Shown: positions 34,528 to 45,252 of the stretch, in pieces | Layout of the letters: every line of letters begins with the position of its first letter | Numbering within the stretch: position 1 is the first letter of the stretch | Position numbers and translations under genes: made by a program | From: a virus | Reading direction: 5' to 3' (one strand) | DNA: 64,000 nucleotides | IMG/VR virus record: IMGVR_UViG_3300044684_000278 | Location: 72,321-136,320 of that record | The notes under the pieces: generated by a model | What the model was told of the DNA's origin: nothing | The model's input: only the letters and a program-made list of their open reading frames with translations | Database searches by the model: none

Positions 34528-37500
34528 ATGGCTTTATCCTATCCAGATATTTTTGAACCGAATAACAAGCAGAATGCCCAGCTGGATGCTGATTACCTTA
34601 GAGGGGGTACCAAAGTAGTTGCTGACCTGCCCACTCTTTATGGGCTTTCTTCAGGTCCGGGGAATGGTAAATATGACCAGCTGAAACAATACGTAACCAA
34701 GGTCTATGTTATTTCACAAGGAGCCTATTATATTCTTAAGGATATTACCAACTGTGGTAACAGTACTGGCTGGCAGCTTGAAAAGACCGTTACTTCTTTT
34801 ACAGATCTCACCAATGTTCCAACTAATCTTGCTGGTTATGGTATCAATTCTTCAGACCCTCTTTTTGATAATAAGTATCAGAAGCTTCCTGATGGTTTAA
34901 TCAGCATTGATCCTATTCAGCAGTCTGGTACAACTATCACCGTAAATAATGTATCCTGGAGGATTGATCTTGTTACACATACAGTTGCTACCCAGTCATT
35001 CACTATTACTACAGCTGATACAGGCAATCAGCGGATAGATCTGATCGTGGGTGACAGCTCCGGAAACCTTTCCCTGGTACAGGGAACAGAAGGAACTTCG
35101 GATGTGATCGAACCTGCTGTTCCTGCAGGTTCAGTAAGAATTGCTCCCATTTATGTCAATGGTGGAACAGTAACCCAACCACAGCCTGATTTAAGTAAGT
35201 ATGTCACTATTGATTCCACAGAACAAACCATTTCAGGTGTAAAGACTTTTCAGAATGGTCTTAATTTAGGACCCGGTGTAACAATCAAAGCCTATGCCTC
35301 AGGTGATAATAGCAGCTTAAACTATAGCATTTTCTCATCAGCCAGTCTTAGAATCAGATCTGGAGCCAGTTTATACAGTGACTTCATGGCTGATGGCGTA
35401 TACACATATAGTGGTATTCACAGAGGTATTGTCGTTTTCCCACAGAATCTAAATACGGATTCCCAGATCAATTTTCCAGTGGATGTAACAGGAACTGTTG
35501 CTCTATTATCCGATATTACCAATGCAACAGCTGTACTTGCCCCACTCGCTTCTCCAGGCTTTACCGGAATTCCTACTGCACCTACACCAGCCACCGCAGA
35601 TAACAGTACTACTTTAGCTACCACTGCTTTTGTTAAAGCAAATGGTCTTAACTATGTTCCTTATAGTGGAGCTACTGGTTATGTTGATTTGGGTACAAAT
35701 GAGATCTATGCAGGGGCTGCAGAGATCGGGGGAACCTGGGCTAATAATGCTGCTGCAGGTGGTTTCTATAACTTGTCACCTACGGGTAATGCCATGTGGA
35801 TCAAGGGTGGATCTGCCACTTCCCACAATACGGATTTTTATGATTACAATAATAACCTGATAGGGTATATAAATGGAAATGGAGACGTGCATTTTAATGG
35901 CACTATCACTGCTTCTAACTTTACCAGCACTGCAGGAAGTTCCATCACCGGGATTACCTTAAATACGCCCAACAGTATCTATGCTTCCCCTATAAACTTT
36001 ACGGTAGCCAGCGGGATTGCAACAGGCACACTTTCTTTTAACACCCAGGCGGCCAATGTTTTTTTCAGAACTACAGCTGCCGGTACACCTTCATTCAGTG
36101 TTCTGTTAGGTTCCGATGTGACAGGTGCTCTGGGTTATACTCCCTATAATCCGGCCAGCTATCCTGTCAACCTTAATGGTGAAACCCTGCAGAGCGTAGT
36201 TTCCAGGGGTAATGTAGTCAGCTCTGATATACAATATTCGGCAGCACCTGTAAATGGTACTTCCCTTATTAATAAGACCTATGTAGATAATCTTATCACA
36301 GGTATCACCTGGAAGAATGAGGTCAAAGCAGCTACCACTACAAACATTACCTTATCAGGTATACAGACTGTTGATGGTGTATCACTCTCTGTGAATGACC
36401 GTACCCTGGTAAGAGCACAGTCAGACGCCACCCAGAATGGTATATATGTGGTGCAGTCCGGCTCCTGGACCAGGGCTACAGATGCTAACACAGGAGCTTT
36501 GCTGGTATCAGCTACGGTCTTTGTTCAATTAGGTACTGCCCTTGGACACACTCAGTGGACCTGTATTAACAGTTCCACTCCTAATATAGGGACAGATGCT
36601 ATCAACTTTGGCCAGGTAGCTGGTGCTGGCACCTATGCTGCAGGCACGGGTGTGGTTTTAAATGGCAATACCTTTGGCCTGGATACCTACTATACAGACA
36701 ACCGTTATGTCTCCCTGTCTGGGACCTATAACAACCCTTCCTGGATTTCTTCAGTAGCTTATAACAAACTTACAGGCTTTCCTGGAACAGCTATTCAGTT
36801 TATCAAAGGAGATGGTACAGCAGCGGCACTGCAAAGTGCTGACGTAACTACGGCCCTTGGATATACTCCTTATAATCCATCAAGTTACCCGGTAAATTCT
36901 GGAGGTGAGACTCTCCAGAGTGTGACTGGTAGGGGAGCTACTACAACTAATGCAATCACAGCCCCCTTTTACAATGTAACCAATACGGATGGCACTGGTA
37001 CAGTGAATATGCCTTTGCAGAACATTACTCCGAGTACACCTGGATCCGGGAACATGAAGCTGTATTATAGCTCAAATGGACTTACCTGGATCACACCAAC
37101 AGGTTTTAAACGTTCTTTCTGGGGTAATAGTTTAACTGCAGATCGTGTATATACACTGCCAGACATAACAGGTACTCTGGAGATTCAAACCAGTAAAGTA
37201 CAGACAGTAGATAATTCATCCACTAACTACCCATCAACAGCTGCTGTACAGGCTTATGTTACAGATCAAAGAAAGAACTACAAAGCCAAGATCCTGGCTA
37301 ATGGATTCACAGAGACATTTGATTATATGGATGTGGCTGGTACCCTCCTGTCCTTAACAGGAAGTGCAGAAGTCACTAACCTTCAATACAAACTTGGATC
37401 CGGAGGCACCTATGCTGCATTCCCTGCAGGAGGTGTGACTTACACTGCCGGTACAGAGATCTATTTTACATGGACCTGGGTTAATTCAGGCAATACAAGA

Positions 37501-37533
37501 GCAGTAATTATATACACAGGAAAAGATAATTAA
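34528..37533 (+). CDS. tail fibre protein
   Basis: APLASPGFTGIPTAPT, LATTAFV, AATTTNITLSG.QTVDGV fibre motifs; internal duplication. Confidence 0.75.
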   Translation: MALSYPDIFEPNNKQNAQLDADYLRGGTKVVADLPTLYGLSSGPGNGKYDQLKQYVTKVYVISQGAYYILKDITNCGNSTGWQLEKTVTSFTDLTNVPTNLAGYGINSSDPLFDNKYQKLPDGLISIDPIQQSGTTITVNNVSWRIDLVTHTVATQSFTITTADTGNQRIDLIVGDSSGNLSLVQGTEGTSDVIEPAVPAGSVRIAPIYVNGGTVTQPQPDLSKYVTIDSTEQTISGVKTFQNGLNLGPGVTIKAYASGDNSSLNYSIFSSASLRIRSGASLYSDFMADGVYTYSGIHRGIVVFPQNLNTDSQINFPVDVTGTVALLSDITNATAVLAPLASPGFTGIPTAPTPATADNSTTLATTAFVKANGLNYVPYSGATGYVDLGTNEIYAGAAEIGGTWANNAAAGGFYNLSPTGNAMWIKGGSATSHNTDFYDYNNNLIGYINGNGDVHFNGTITASNFTSTAGSSITGITLNTPNSIYASPINFTVASGIATGTLSFNTQAANVFFRTTAAGTPSFSVLLGSDVTGALGYTPYNPASYPVNLNGETLQSVVSRGNVVSSDIQYSAAPVNGTSLINKTYVDNLITGITWKNEVKAATTTNITLSGIQTVDGVSLSVNDRTLVRAQSDATQNGIYVVQSGSWTRATDANTGALLVSATVFVQLGTALGHTQWTCINSSTPNIGTDAINFGQVAGAGTYAAGTGVVLNGNTFGLDTYYTDNRYVSLSGTYNNPSWISSVAYNKLTGFPGTAIQFIKGDGTAAALQSADVTTALGYTPYNPSSYPVNSGGETLQSVTGRGATTTNAITAPFYNVTNTDGTGTVNMPLQNITPSTPGSGNMKLYYSSNGLTWITPTGFKRSFWGNSLTADRVYTLPDITGTLEIQTSKVQTVDNSSTNYPSTAAVQAYVTDQRKNYKAKILANGFTETFDYMDVAGTLLSLTGSAEVTNLQYKLGSGGTYAAFPAGGVTYTAGTEIYFTWTWVNSGNTRAVIIYTGKDN

Positions 37534-37541
37534 TAAAGAAA

Positions 37542-39323
37542 ATGAGTGCAACTTATAACTGGACGTATCAACCAGGAAAGACTAATCCTTATAGTATTAC
37601 AATAAACAGTAGTGCAAATGATGTAATGCCATCTAATGCCTGTTATGTGGCCCTTTGGGGGAATGATTCTACTGGTAATGGAAGCAGAATGTTTCCCTAT
37701 AGAACTATCTCTAAGGCAGTGGCACTCTGTAATACTGGTTCAATAGCTAATGGCTCTTATTGTATTATTGGGAATGGTGTTTATAGGGAAAGTATTCCAA
37801 GTTTTAATAATGGTAAATACTTGCATTTGGTGGGTGACGGTGATGTGAAGATAGATGGTTACACTTTGTCAGTTACAATAGCATTTGTAAGCCCTCAAGC
37901 GTATTGGTATAATTTAAAGATTTGGAATTTAACTATACAGCAAAACTCACAGAATTTTAACTTTACAGATTGTTCTTTCTTTGGCACGGCGTTGTCATCA
38001 AACAATGCTATGAGTTTTAATAGTTGTACGTTCAATAATTGTATCCTTAGAGATTATAATGGGGCTATGCCCAGCTTTATTCTCTATGGAAATACATTTT
38101 ACAAAACGTATATTAATCTTACTCAATATCCTATACTGACCAATACACAAAATAATATTTTCCATACATGTAATATTGATTTTATCGGTGCGGCAACACA
38201 ACAGTTTAATATGGATTTTGTGTTATTTTACCAATGCAATGTTAGATGCAGTACAACCGTTTCCATATCTACAGTGTATTATCCAAATGCTACTCCAACT
38301 GGATACACTTATTGCAGTACTATTTCAACGTTAAAATCAACATTAGGGGCATATTTTACAGCTCAAACCTCTTTTTGCCCCTACAGCCAAATAACAGACC
38401 CATTATTTAATAACCTATCTTATTCTGATTTTTCATTGTCATTTAGTAGTCCTGCTAAAAATATGAGTTATCAGGGAGGCTATATAGGTGCAAAGTCAAT
38501 CGCGTATGGCCTTAATCCTAAAGCTAATGCAGTTACTTCTGACTTTGAAAATGATACTGCTAATAACATTACTATTGCTGATAATAGTATTACGTTTATT
38601 GATCCCACTCAGATTGGAACAATTATCACTAAGCCTATTGTAAACAGTGCGGCCAGGGAACTCCAGCGGTTTCCGGTATTTGGGACTAATGCTGACCGTA
38701 ATGGGCAGTATGTTGATGCCACTGCAGATCAGGCTTCTGGAACACTATCTGCAGGAAATACATTAAATGCTGGCGTTCCTTATTCAGTTGAACAGGGGGC
38801 TATCACCTACAATGGTACGGTATACCAGCCTGGAGATAACTTTACCTCCCTGGAAAGTAGCCCTGGAACATTTACCACAAGTGCAGGAGGAGTTGTACGG
38901 GAAACTACTGAAGCAGCTGCACGGGAAAATATAGAAGTACGATTCAATGATGGGCAGAATCCTCAGATCACTGCCGGTGCTGCCTTAGAAGCATTGGGAC
39001 GTTATTATGTGGTTTCAGGTTCCATCACTTACAATGGTACAACATATAATGCAGGTCAGGTATTTAAGGCAGACAACACGGGTACCAATACATTCAGCGG
39101 TGGTGGAGCTATACAACTGATCTTCCATGACAGCGATCCTTGGTACTACTTTGAGATTGGCACCAAACCACAGAGTAACAATAATGGTAATGTTAGAACA
39201 GGGGCTATTGTCAAAGGTAATGGTGACCCCAATTTTGACCGAACTCCTGCAAACGTATTCAACATCAACCAGAAATTCATTCAGATCCGCTATACCCTTC
39301 AACCTAATAACCTTGCTCCATAA
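37542..39323 (+). CDS. tailspike/receptor-binding protein (beta-helix-like)
   Basis: GNDSTGNGS..PYRTISKA...G.YRE beta-helix cap motif; Asn-rich. Confidence 0.65.
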   Translation: MSATYNWTYQPGKTNPYSITINSSANDVMPSNACYVALWGNDSTGNGSRMFPYRTISKAVALCNTGSIANGSYCIIGNGVYRESIPSFNNGKYLHLVGDGDVKIDGYTLSVTIAFVSPQAYWYNLKIWNLTIQQNSQNFNFTDCSFFGTALSSNNAMSFNSCTFNNCILRDYNGAMPSFILYGNTFYKTYINLTQYPILTNTQNNIFHTCNIDFIGAATQQFNMDFVLFYQCNVRCSTTVSISTVYYPNATPTGYTYCSTISTLKSTLGAYFTAQTSFCPYSQITDPLFNNLSYSDFSLSFSSPAKNMSYQGGYIGAKSIAYGLNPKANAVTSDFENDTANNITIADNSITFIDPTQIGTIITKPIVNSAARELQRFPVFGTNADRNGQYVDATADQASGTLSAGNTLNAGVPYSVEQGAITYNGTVYQPGDNFTSLESSPGTFTTSAGGVVRETTEAAARENIEVRFNDGQNPQITAGAALEALGRYYVVSGSITYNGTTYNAGQVFKADNTGTNTFSGGGAIQLIFHDSDPWYYFEIGTKPQSNNNGNVRTGAIVKGNGDPNFDRTPANVFNINQKFIQIRYTLQPNNLAP

Positions 39324-39706
39324 TGGCTTATACAATAACATCAGGTCAGGTACAGCCAGGAGTGTTGTATCTGGTTAATGGGCAGCAATCCGTTGTTTAC
39401 AATGGTACAACATATGCTTCAGGGACTACCTTCCGTGGAGTAACAGGGACTTCTTCATTTACCTATACAGGTACTGGTACCCAAAGTGTGACTGAGGTGC
39501 TGGAGCTTTATGCTGCGGCCATCAGTTTTGTTGAGAACGCCCTGGACCTTCCCCACTTTAATGTCACTACTCAGCTGAATTCCTTTGGTGTGGAGTTTGT
39601 CCAAAACAAAGGTGATATGAAAACAACTGATACTACACAAATCAACTGTTTCTCTGTGGAAGTGATGGATTATCCATACTTGTTAACACCCATTTACAGA
39701 CGCTAA
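39323..39706 (+). CDS. tail-associated protein
   Basis: Shares the YNGTTY..G module with the upstream gene. Confidence 0.55.
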   Translation: MAYTITSGQVQPGVLYLVNGQQSVVYNGTTYASGTTFRGVTGTSSFTYTGTGTQSVTEVLELYAAAISFVENALDLPHFNVTTQLNSFGVEFVQNKGDMKTTDTTQINCFSVEVMDYPYLLTPIYRR

Positions 39707-39782
39707 GTGGTTTGTTATTCTGATCCAAAAAGATTATATTATAATGTAGGGAGCTTCCTACATTAACCAACATGAGTCCCTT

Positions 39783-39977
39783 ATGAATTCAATAACCCTT
39801 AACCAGGAGGAGCTGCAGGCTCTGAACCAGTTTATTAATGAAATACCTACCAAGTATGGTATCTTCCTGATTAATACACTAAATAGTGCAGCCAGGCGTA
39901 ATGAGCAGGAAAAACAGGTAGCTGACGATGCTGCCAAGACTGTTGCTCCGCCTTCTGCAGAGCAGGCTACAGCCTAA
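39783..39977 (+). CDS. small hypothetical protein
   Basis: 64 aa after a promoter-like motif. Confidence 0.55.
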   Translation: MNSITLNQEELQALNQFINEIPTKYGIFLINTLNSAARRNEQEKQVADDAAKTVAPPSAEQATA

Positions 39978-39994
39978 TCCATCCCCTAAATAAA

Positions 39995-41224
39995 ATGATT
40001 CCAACCCGTTCCAATCTCCCTGAAAGGGGGTGTTCTCCGGTATCCTCTAACTGTGTCACATGGCAGGGCCCATGCCTTACCTGTATTGGAGTCAATACGG
40101 GGGACAGTGTCTCTGATGTGGTAGCAGCCCTTGCCCAGCAGGTTTGCGAACTGCTGGATACGCTAAACATCACGGATCTGGATTTCAAGTGCCTGGTGGA
40201 CAGTTCCCTGACCACTGGTGCTCCATCCAAGAACCTTTCTACTGCTATCACCCTTCTGATCAATAAAGTCTGCTCCCTGGAGGATGCCATTGGTGCCCTT
40301 GGAGGCAGTACGGCTACTCCTGCAGAAGTCAATGTAAACATTGCATCCTGCTTCCAGGTTACAGATACCAATGGAGATACAGTAACCACACTTGGTATCT
40401 CTGATTACGTTAAAGCCATTGGTAACAAAGTATGTTCCCTGGCTTCCACTGTAACCGCACAGGGTAACACACTGACCAACCATGAAGGAAGGCTCTCCAC
40501 CCTGGAAAATAAAGAGAGCAGCACCACACTCCCCACCGTTGCTCCAGGATGTCTGGCTACCAGTTCCACTCCCATCGCACTGGATAGTGCTGTGGAGGAA
40601 CTGATCACCCAGTTCTGTGCCCTGCAGACAGCTACCGGAAAAGGTGCTGACCTGTTGGGTGCCGTATCAAAGCAGTGCGCTAACATAAACTCAGATACCC
40701 AGCTCTCCGGATCCGGGAACATGAGTGCTATCAGTGGCTGGAAATCTGCCCCCGCAACGGTTGCGGATTCCCTGAATAATATGTGGCTGGCTATCTGTGA
40801 CATACGTGGTGCTGTAAAAAGCGTGATGACCTGCTGCAAGAAAACCTGTGCAGATGTGATTGTGAGCTTCGTTGCTAATATCACAGACAATGGTGCCACC
40901 CTGAAATTATTTTTCTCCGGTTATACTTTTATTCCGGATGGATTCTCAGACTGTTCTGTAAATGGGGCCAAACTAACTATTACTGATGGTCTTGGTGGAA
41001 GCTATACCACGTATATAAAACTTGCTACTGCTGCTGCATCTACTGATCCGATAAGTATCAATGTTGCTTCTACACCATTAAGTCCTACCGGTAACTATAG
41101 CCTGACTTTAGACAGCTGCTTAACCGATGGTACGCTCACCTGTAATAAATCTGTAGTTGTATCGGTTACTGGTACTGCCCTAAGTTGTAATGCTCCTTCT
41201 AATGTAACTGCCACTCTTGCATAA
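39995..41224 (+). CDS. Cys-rich virion structural/fibre protein
   Basis: CSPVSSNCVTWQGP N-terminus and coiled-coil segments. Confidence 0.6.
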   Translation: MIPTRSNLPERGCSPVSSNCVTWQGPCLTCIGVNTGDSVSDVVAALAQQVCELLDTLNITDLDFKCLVDSSLTTGAPSKNLSTAITLLINKVCSLEDAIGALGGSTATPAEVNVNIASCFQVTDTNGDTVTTLGISDYVKAIGNKVCSLASTVTAQGNTLTNHEGRLSTLENKESSTTLPTVAPGCLATSSTPIALDSAVEELITQFCALQTATGKGADLLGAVSKQCANINSDTQLSGSGNMSAISGWKSAPATVADSLNNMWLAICDIRGAVKSVMTCCKKTCADVIVSFVANITDNGATLKLFFSGYTFIPDGFSDCSVNGAKLTITDGLGGSYTTYIKLATAAASTDPISINVASTPLSPTGNYSLTLDSCLTDGTLTCNKSVVVSVTGTALSCNAPSNVTATLA

Positions 41225-41226
41225 CA

Positions 41227-41742
41227 ATGTTTAAAAGAAATATCTATTACGACTATTCAGCCGGAGGATCCGGAGGTTCAACAGGCCCTGTTGTAAGCAC
41301 GATCACACCTGCTCTGGCAGGTGCAGGTGCCCTGGTATTGATTACTGGTTCAGGATTTACAGGAGCTACTGCCATCACTTTGGGTGGTATTCCGGTGGCT
41401 TCCTTCATGGTCATCAGTGATACACAGATCTCTGCTATCGTGGGGCATGGTGCTTCCGGTAGCGTGAGCATTACTACTCCATCAGGAACTGGTCTAATGG
41501 CAGGTTTTACATTCTCACCAGTAGCCAACTGTTCCGGATGCAATACTACACCACTGGTGAATGTCTGTGCTGACCCTGAATACTGTGAAGAACTATATGC
41601 TGATAAATGTATCAACCATACAGGTAATCTGACCAATCTTGGTGTCACAGGCAGTGCCCGTCTGGATGCAATCCTCCAGGCCATTGATGGTGCTATCGGG
41701 AACTTGAATAGTCTTGTAAATACAACTACACCCTCCCGTTAA
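41227..41742 (+). CDS. IPT/TIG (Ig-like) domain protein
   Basis: PVVSTITP...VLITGSGFTGAT.I.LGG...VISDTQISA pattern. Confidence 0.7.
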   Translation: MFKRNIYYDYSAGGSGGSTGPVVSTITPALAGAGALVLITGSGFTGATAITLGGIPVASFMVISDTQISAIVGHGASGSVSITTPSGTGLMAGFTFSPVANCSGCNTTPLVNVCADPEYCEELYADKCINHTGNLTNLGVTGSARLDAILQAIDGAIGNLNSLVNTTTPSR

Positions 41743-41744
41743 TC

Positions 41745-42170
41745 ATGGCTACCTTAACCGTATCCTTTATACCTCCCAATCCTGTGCCTGCCAATGGTTT
41801 TATTGTAAAATACCGTAAAGTAGGTGACAGCACCTACACTAGGGTTTTGCCCAATCCAACTACAGCTCCCGTGTTTATTACCGTAGCGGATAGTTCGGTG
41901 AGTTATGAAGGCATTGTACAAAGTGATTGTGGCAGTGGCTTTACCTGCCCTGAGATTAGTTTTACCATTGCCCCTACCTGTAATGGTATTAATAGGAAGT
42001 TGGTTGGAGGCATCTGTGAGATCGGTATAAAAACCTATATAGGCAGTACTGCTAATACCTCAGGTGGTTATAGCTGTAGTTACTACTACGTTTTCAGTGA
42101 TGGAAGCCATACCAACTCATATATTGAATCCAATCCAGCACCTTGTACGCTGGGTGCTGTAGTAGCTTAA
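41745..42170 (+). CDS. Fn3-like domain protein
   Basis: GFIVKYRKVG...YEGIVQSDC. Confidence 0.6.
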   Translation: MATLTVSFIPPNPVPANGFIVKYRKVGDSTYTRVLPNPTTAPVFITVADSSVSYEGIVQSDCGSGFTCPEISFTIAPTCNGINRKLVGGICEIGIKTYIGSTANTSGGYSCSYYYVFSDGSHTNSYIESNPAPCTLGAVVA

Positions 42171-42173
42171 GAT

Positions 42174-42728
42174 ATGTCTAATCCTATTGCAACCATTAAC
42201 TGGACACCAGCAACCAATGGGAACTGCATCTCCCAGGAGATTGATTACAAAAAACAATCAGACAGTGCCTGGATAGCAGCAGGATCAGTAAGCCCCACAA
42301 CAAATACATACAGTATCCCAGGACTGGAAAGCAATGTCTTCTATGACATCCGAATTCTGAGTAACTGCACGGTGGGAGGACCTTCCCCCAGTACGGTTTT
42401 CACAGTGATTTCCATGTACTGCCCGGTAGTTACCCTATCGGCCACAGATACTGCAGTGAACTATTCCTTTCCCAATCCAGGAGAAAGTATTACTTCAGTG
42501 CATATAGAACTACTGGATAGCAGTAATGGGATCATTTCTTTTCAGAATCCTGCATTAAGCTCCACTATATCCGGAAGTTTTACAGGACTTAACCAGGGCA
42601 CAGCTTACCAGATCAGATTAAGTATCAATGCCGGTACAACACTGAAGATCTGTCCTATTCAAAGTATAACAACCACCATACCTGTCTGTGATCCGGTGAC
42701 TAACCTCACAGCAGCCCTATCATCATAA
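42174..42728 (+). CDS. tandem Fn3 domain protein
   Basis: INWTP...IPGLESNVFYDIRI; FTGLNQGTAYQIRL. Confidence 0.7.
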   Translation: MSNPIATINWTPATNGNCISQEIDYKKQSDSAWIAAGSVSPTTNTYSIPGLESNVFYDIRILSNCTVGGPSPSTVFTVISMYCPVVTLSATDTAVNYSFPNPGESITSVHIELLDSSNGIISFQNPALSSTISGSFTGLNQGTAYQIRLSINAGTTLKICPIQSITTTIPVCDPVTNLTAALSS

Positions 42729-42730
42729 CA

Positions 42731-43558
42731 ATGGCCAATCTAACCATATCATTTACCGCTCCTGCCGTACCCCCTGCAGATGGATATATTGTACAATATC
42801 GTGCAGTGGGAGATGCTTCTTATACTACGGTCAATCCTAATCCTACTTCCAGTCCTGTTGTAATTTCAGGGGTAGATACTTCAAAAGCCTATGAGGGCAG
42901 TGTTCAATGTGAATGTACTCCCACCAATAAAAGCACCATAGCTACCTTTAATGTTGGCGCATTGGCTGTACTGGATCCATTTGACTATATGGTCATCCGT
43001 TATAAAAACAATAATGGTGGTACTGATATGGATACTGGTACCGGTTTTGTAACTACCGGAACAGACCAGGATATTGACTATACTGCCAATACCAACTGGG
43101 TGGGTTATAGCAAACCAGCTACTACACCTTATCTGAACTGGGGGGGAGATAATACTTCAGGTGGAGGTGTTGAGGCCATCCTGGTCAACTTCAAGCAATT
43201 TATAGCAGATCATGGAAGTCTACCTTCTGTGATCAAAATAAGACTCCATTCCTGGTGGTACTCTACTATGACATCAGGAAGTATTACCCTGGAATTACAG
43301 ACCTGGAAAGACGGCACAGCCCCTGTTGCCAATCCATCTGCCTATGATTTTACCAAGACAGATGGTACCCAGGTAGATTTAATTGATGTACCTATTACGG
43401 TAAACTGTGTCCGTGGAAGTGCCGCTACTGCTATTGGATGTCTTGAAAAAGTAGCTGAGGTTGTTTATGATACATCTACAAAATCAGCATCCCTTGTCAC
43501 CATCACAGGTGGATGTACCTGCTCAGGATCTACCTCAGGAGGAACTGCAAACCCTTAA
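42731..43558 (+). CDS. Fn3-like domain protein with extra C-terminal domain
   Basis: N-terminus paralogous to 41745..42170. Confidence 0.6.
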   Translation: MANLTISFTAPAVPPADGYIVQYRAVGDASYTTVNPNPTSSPVVISGVDTSKAYEGSVQCECTPTNKSTIATFNVGALAVLDPFDYMVIRYKNNNGGTDMDTGTGFVTTGTDQDIDYTANTNWVGYSKPATTPYLNWGGDNTSGGGVEAILVNFKQFIADHGSLPSVIKIRLHSWWYSTMTSGSITLELQTWKDGTAPVANPSAYDFTKTDGTQVDLIDVPITVNCVRGSAATAIGCLEKVAEVVYDTSTKSASLVTITGGCTCSGSTSGGTANP

Positions 43559-43598
43559 AAAATTAGTTCTGTGTTTTGTTGGTTTTATACAGAACCCC

Positions 43599-43640
43599 AA
43601 GTACCCCGGTAGAGCGAGTCTCCGGGGTTACTTATTTATG
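43599..43640 (+). terminator. intrinsic terminator
   Basis: ACCCCGG...CCGGGGT followed by a T-rich run. Confidence 0.55.
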
Positions 43641-43731
43641 TCTACAACATGTCCATAACTTCTACAGAAAAACCGTGATTTTAGAGAGTAAATTTGTAGA
43701 ATAAGAAAGCATACACTAACCCCTTACCCTA

Positions 43732-45048
43732 ATGAATTTGATCAACCTTGTCTATGACTCCCTGAAGTGGAAGAAGTCAGATGAGTTCTGTGCAGCCAAG
43801 CTGGACATTACCCTGGAAAAATACAGGAATGTAAAAGACCAGATCCGCCTGGTGAAGGAGATCTTCCAGGATGACCTGGATGATGTGCTGAAGGATCTCA
43901 TCCAAAAGAAGATCCAGGAGCAGGAAGATGAGCGTACCCTGATTGAAGAGTCCGTGCGTACCCTCCAGGAAAGAGGTGTTGTCCTCAACAAAGAACCCAA
44001 GGTCATAGAAAGTAAGCATAACCTGGATGATGGTACTGCTGAACTGAAGGCCATCTCTTTTACCGAACCAAAGAGTGCTGAGGAGATTGAGAAGATCCTA
44101 AAGATTGACAAGAGCAAGTGGAAGCTTGCCACCTACTGGAATAAAGAACATAAGGGCTACTGGCTGGTATCGGCCATGGTCACCCAGAAAAAACCCGAAC
44201 CGGTTGACATCCTCCGTACCGCCCTGGAGGATCTGCAGCTGAAGTACACCCCTGTAACAGAAAATCACATCAATAAAAAGTTCACGGATAATACCTGTGC
44301 GGTCCTGTCCCTTCAGGACATCCACGTAGGAAAAGAAGTGATCGAGCATGGCGGATCCATTGAAGCCTCTGTAAAGACCTGCATCCAGCAGCTGATCTAT
44401 AAATCCTACCATTCCTTCTGCCTGGACAAGATCATCTTTGTGCTGGGTGGGGACCTGGTCAACATGGATACCTGGCTGGGCACCACTACTTCAGGCACTC
44501 CTGTTGCCAACAGCATGGGAGCTTATGAAGCCTTCCAGCTGGCCTTCGAGCTGATGTTCTGGAGTGTGAACTTCTTAAAGCAGTTCTGTAATGAACTGGA
44601 AGTGGTATACATCCCAGGTAATCACTCAAGACTTACGGAGGCACACATTGCCTATGCCCTTTCCCGGCAGATCACTGATCCCCATATCACCTGGAACATT
44701 GGCTATGCCACCCGTAAGGCCATCCAGTATGGTAATTCCATGATCTGTCTGGAGCATGGGGACTTTGATACCCGCAAATCCTTTGCAGCCTTTGCCACTG
44801 AATTCCCGGAAATGTGGGGAAAGACCAAGTACCGGGTGGTTTACACAGGTCACTACCACAAGGAAAAGAAGATTGAATACCTCACCACGGATGAACTCAA
44901 CGGGTTAACCGTTAAAGTCCTTCCTTCCCTGTGCAGGAAAGACCGTTACCATGATGATCATAAATGGTTTGGCAACAAGCGTGGTGGTATCATTGAACTG
45001 CATAATGAGACCAAGGGCCCTGTGGGTCAGTTTTCTTACTATGAATAA
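43732..45048 (+). CDS. calcineurin-like metallophosphoesterase
   Basis: DIHVG, GGDL, PGNH, EHGD and GHYH motifs. Confidence 0.85.
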   Translation: MNLINLVYDSLKWKKSDEFCAAKLDITLEKYRNVKDQIRLVKEIFQDDLDDVLKDLIQKKIQEQEDERTLIEESVRTLQERGVVLNKEPKVIESKHNLDDGTAELKAISFTEPKSAEEIEKILKIDKSKWKLATYWNKEHKGYWLVSAMVTQKKPEPVDILRTALEDLQLKYTPVTENHINKKFTDNTCAVLSLQDIHVGKEVIEHGGSIEASVKTCIQQLIYKSYHSFCLDKIIFVLGGDLVNMDTWLGTTTSGTPVANSMGAYEAFQLAFELMFWSVNFLKQFCNELEVVYIPGNHSRLTEAHIAYALSRQITDPHITWNIGYATRKAIQYGNSMICLEHGDFDTRKSFAAFATEFPEMWGKTKYRVVYTGHYHKEKKIEYLTTDELNGLTVKVLPSLCRKDRYHDDHKWFGNKRGGIIELHNETKGPVGQFSYYE

Positions 45049-45252
45049 ATTCTCACAACTCAATCACAAAGAAATATATCACCATATACAGAAGTACGGA
45101 GTCAACAGTGCCTGCAGAAGATTCAACATCATGAGAGATGATGCCCTGATCATCTGCAGGACTTTTGTCCCGGTTACGGATGTTCGTAAACCCCTGAGGT
45201 TTAGTTAGGAAACCTATAAGATTTTTTGTAAATTATAATGTAGCATCCGTAG

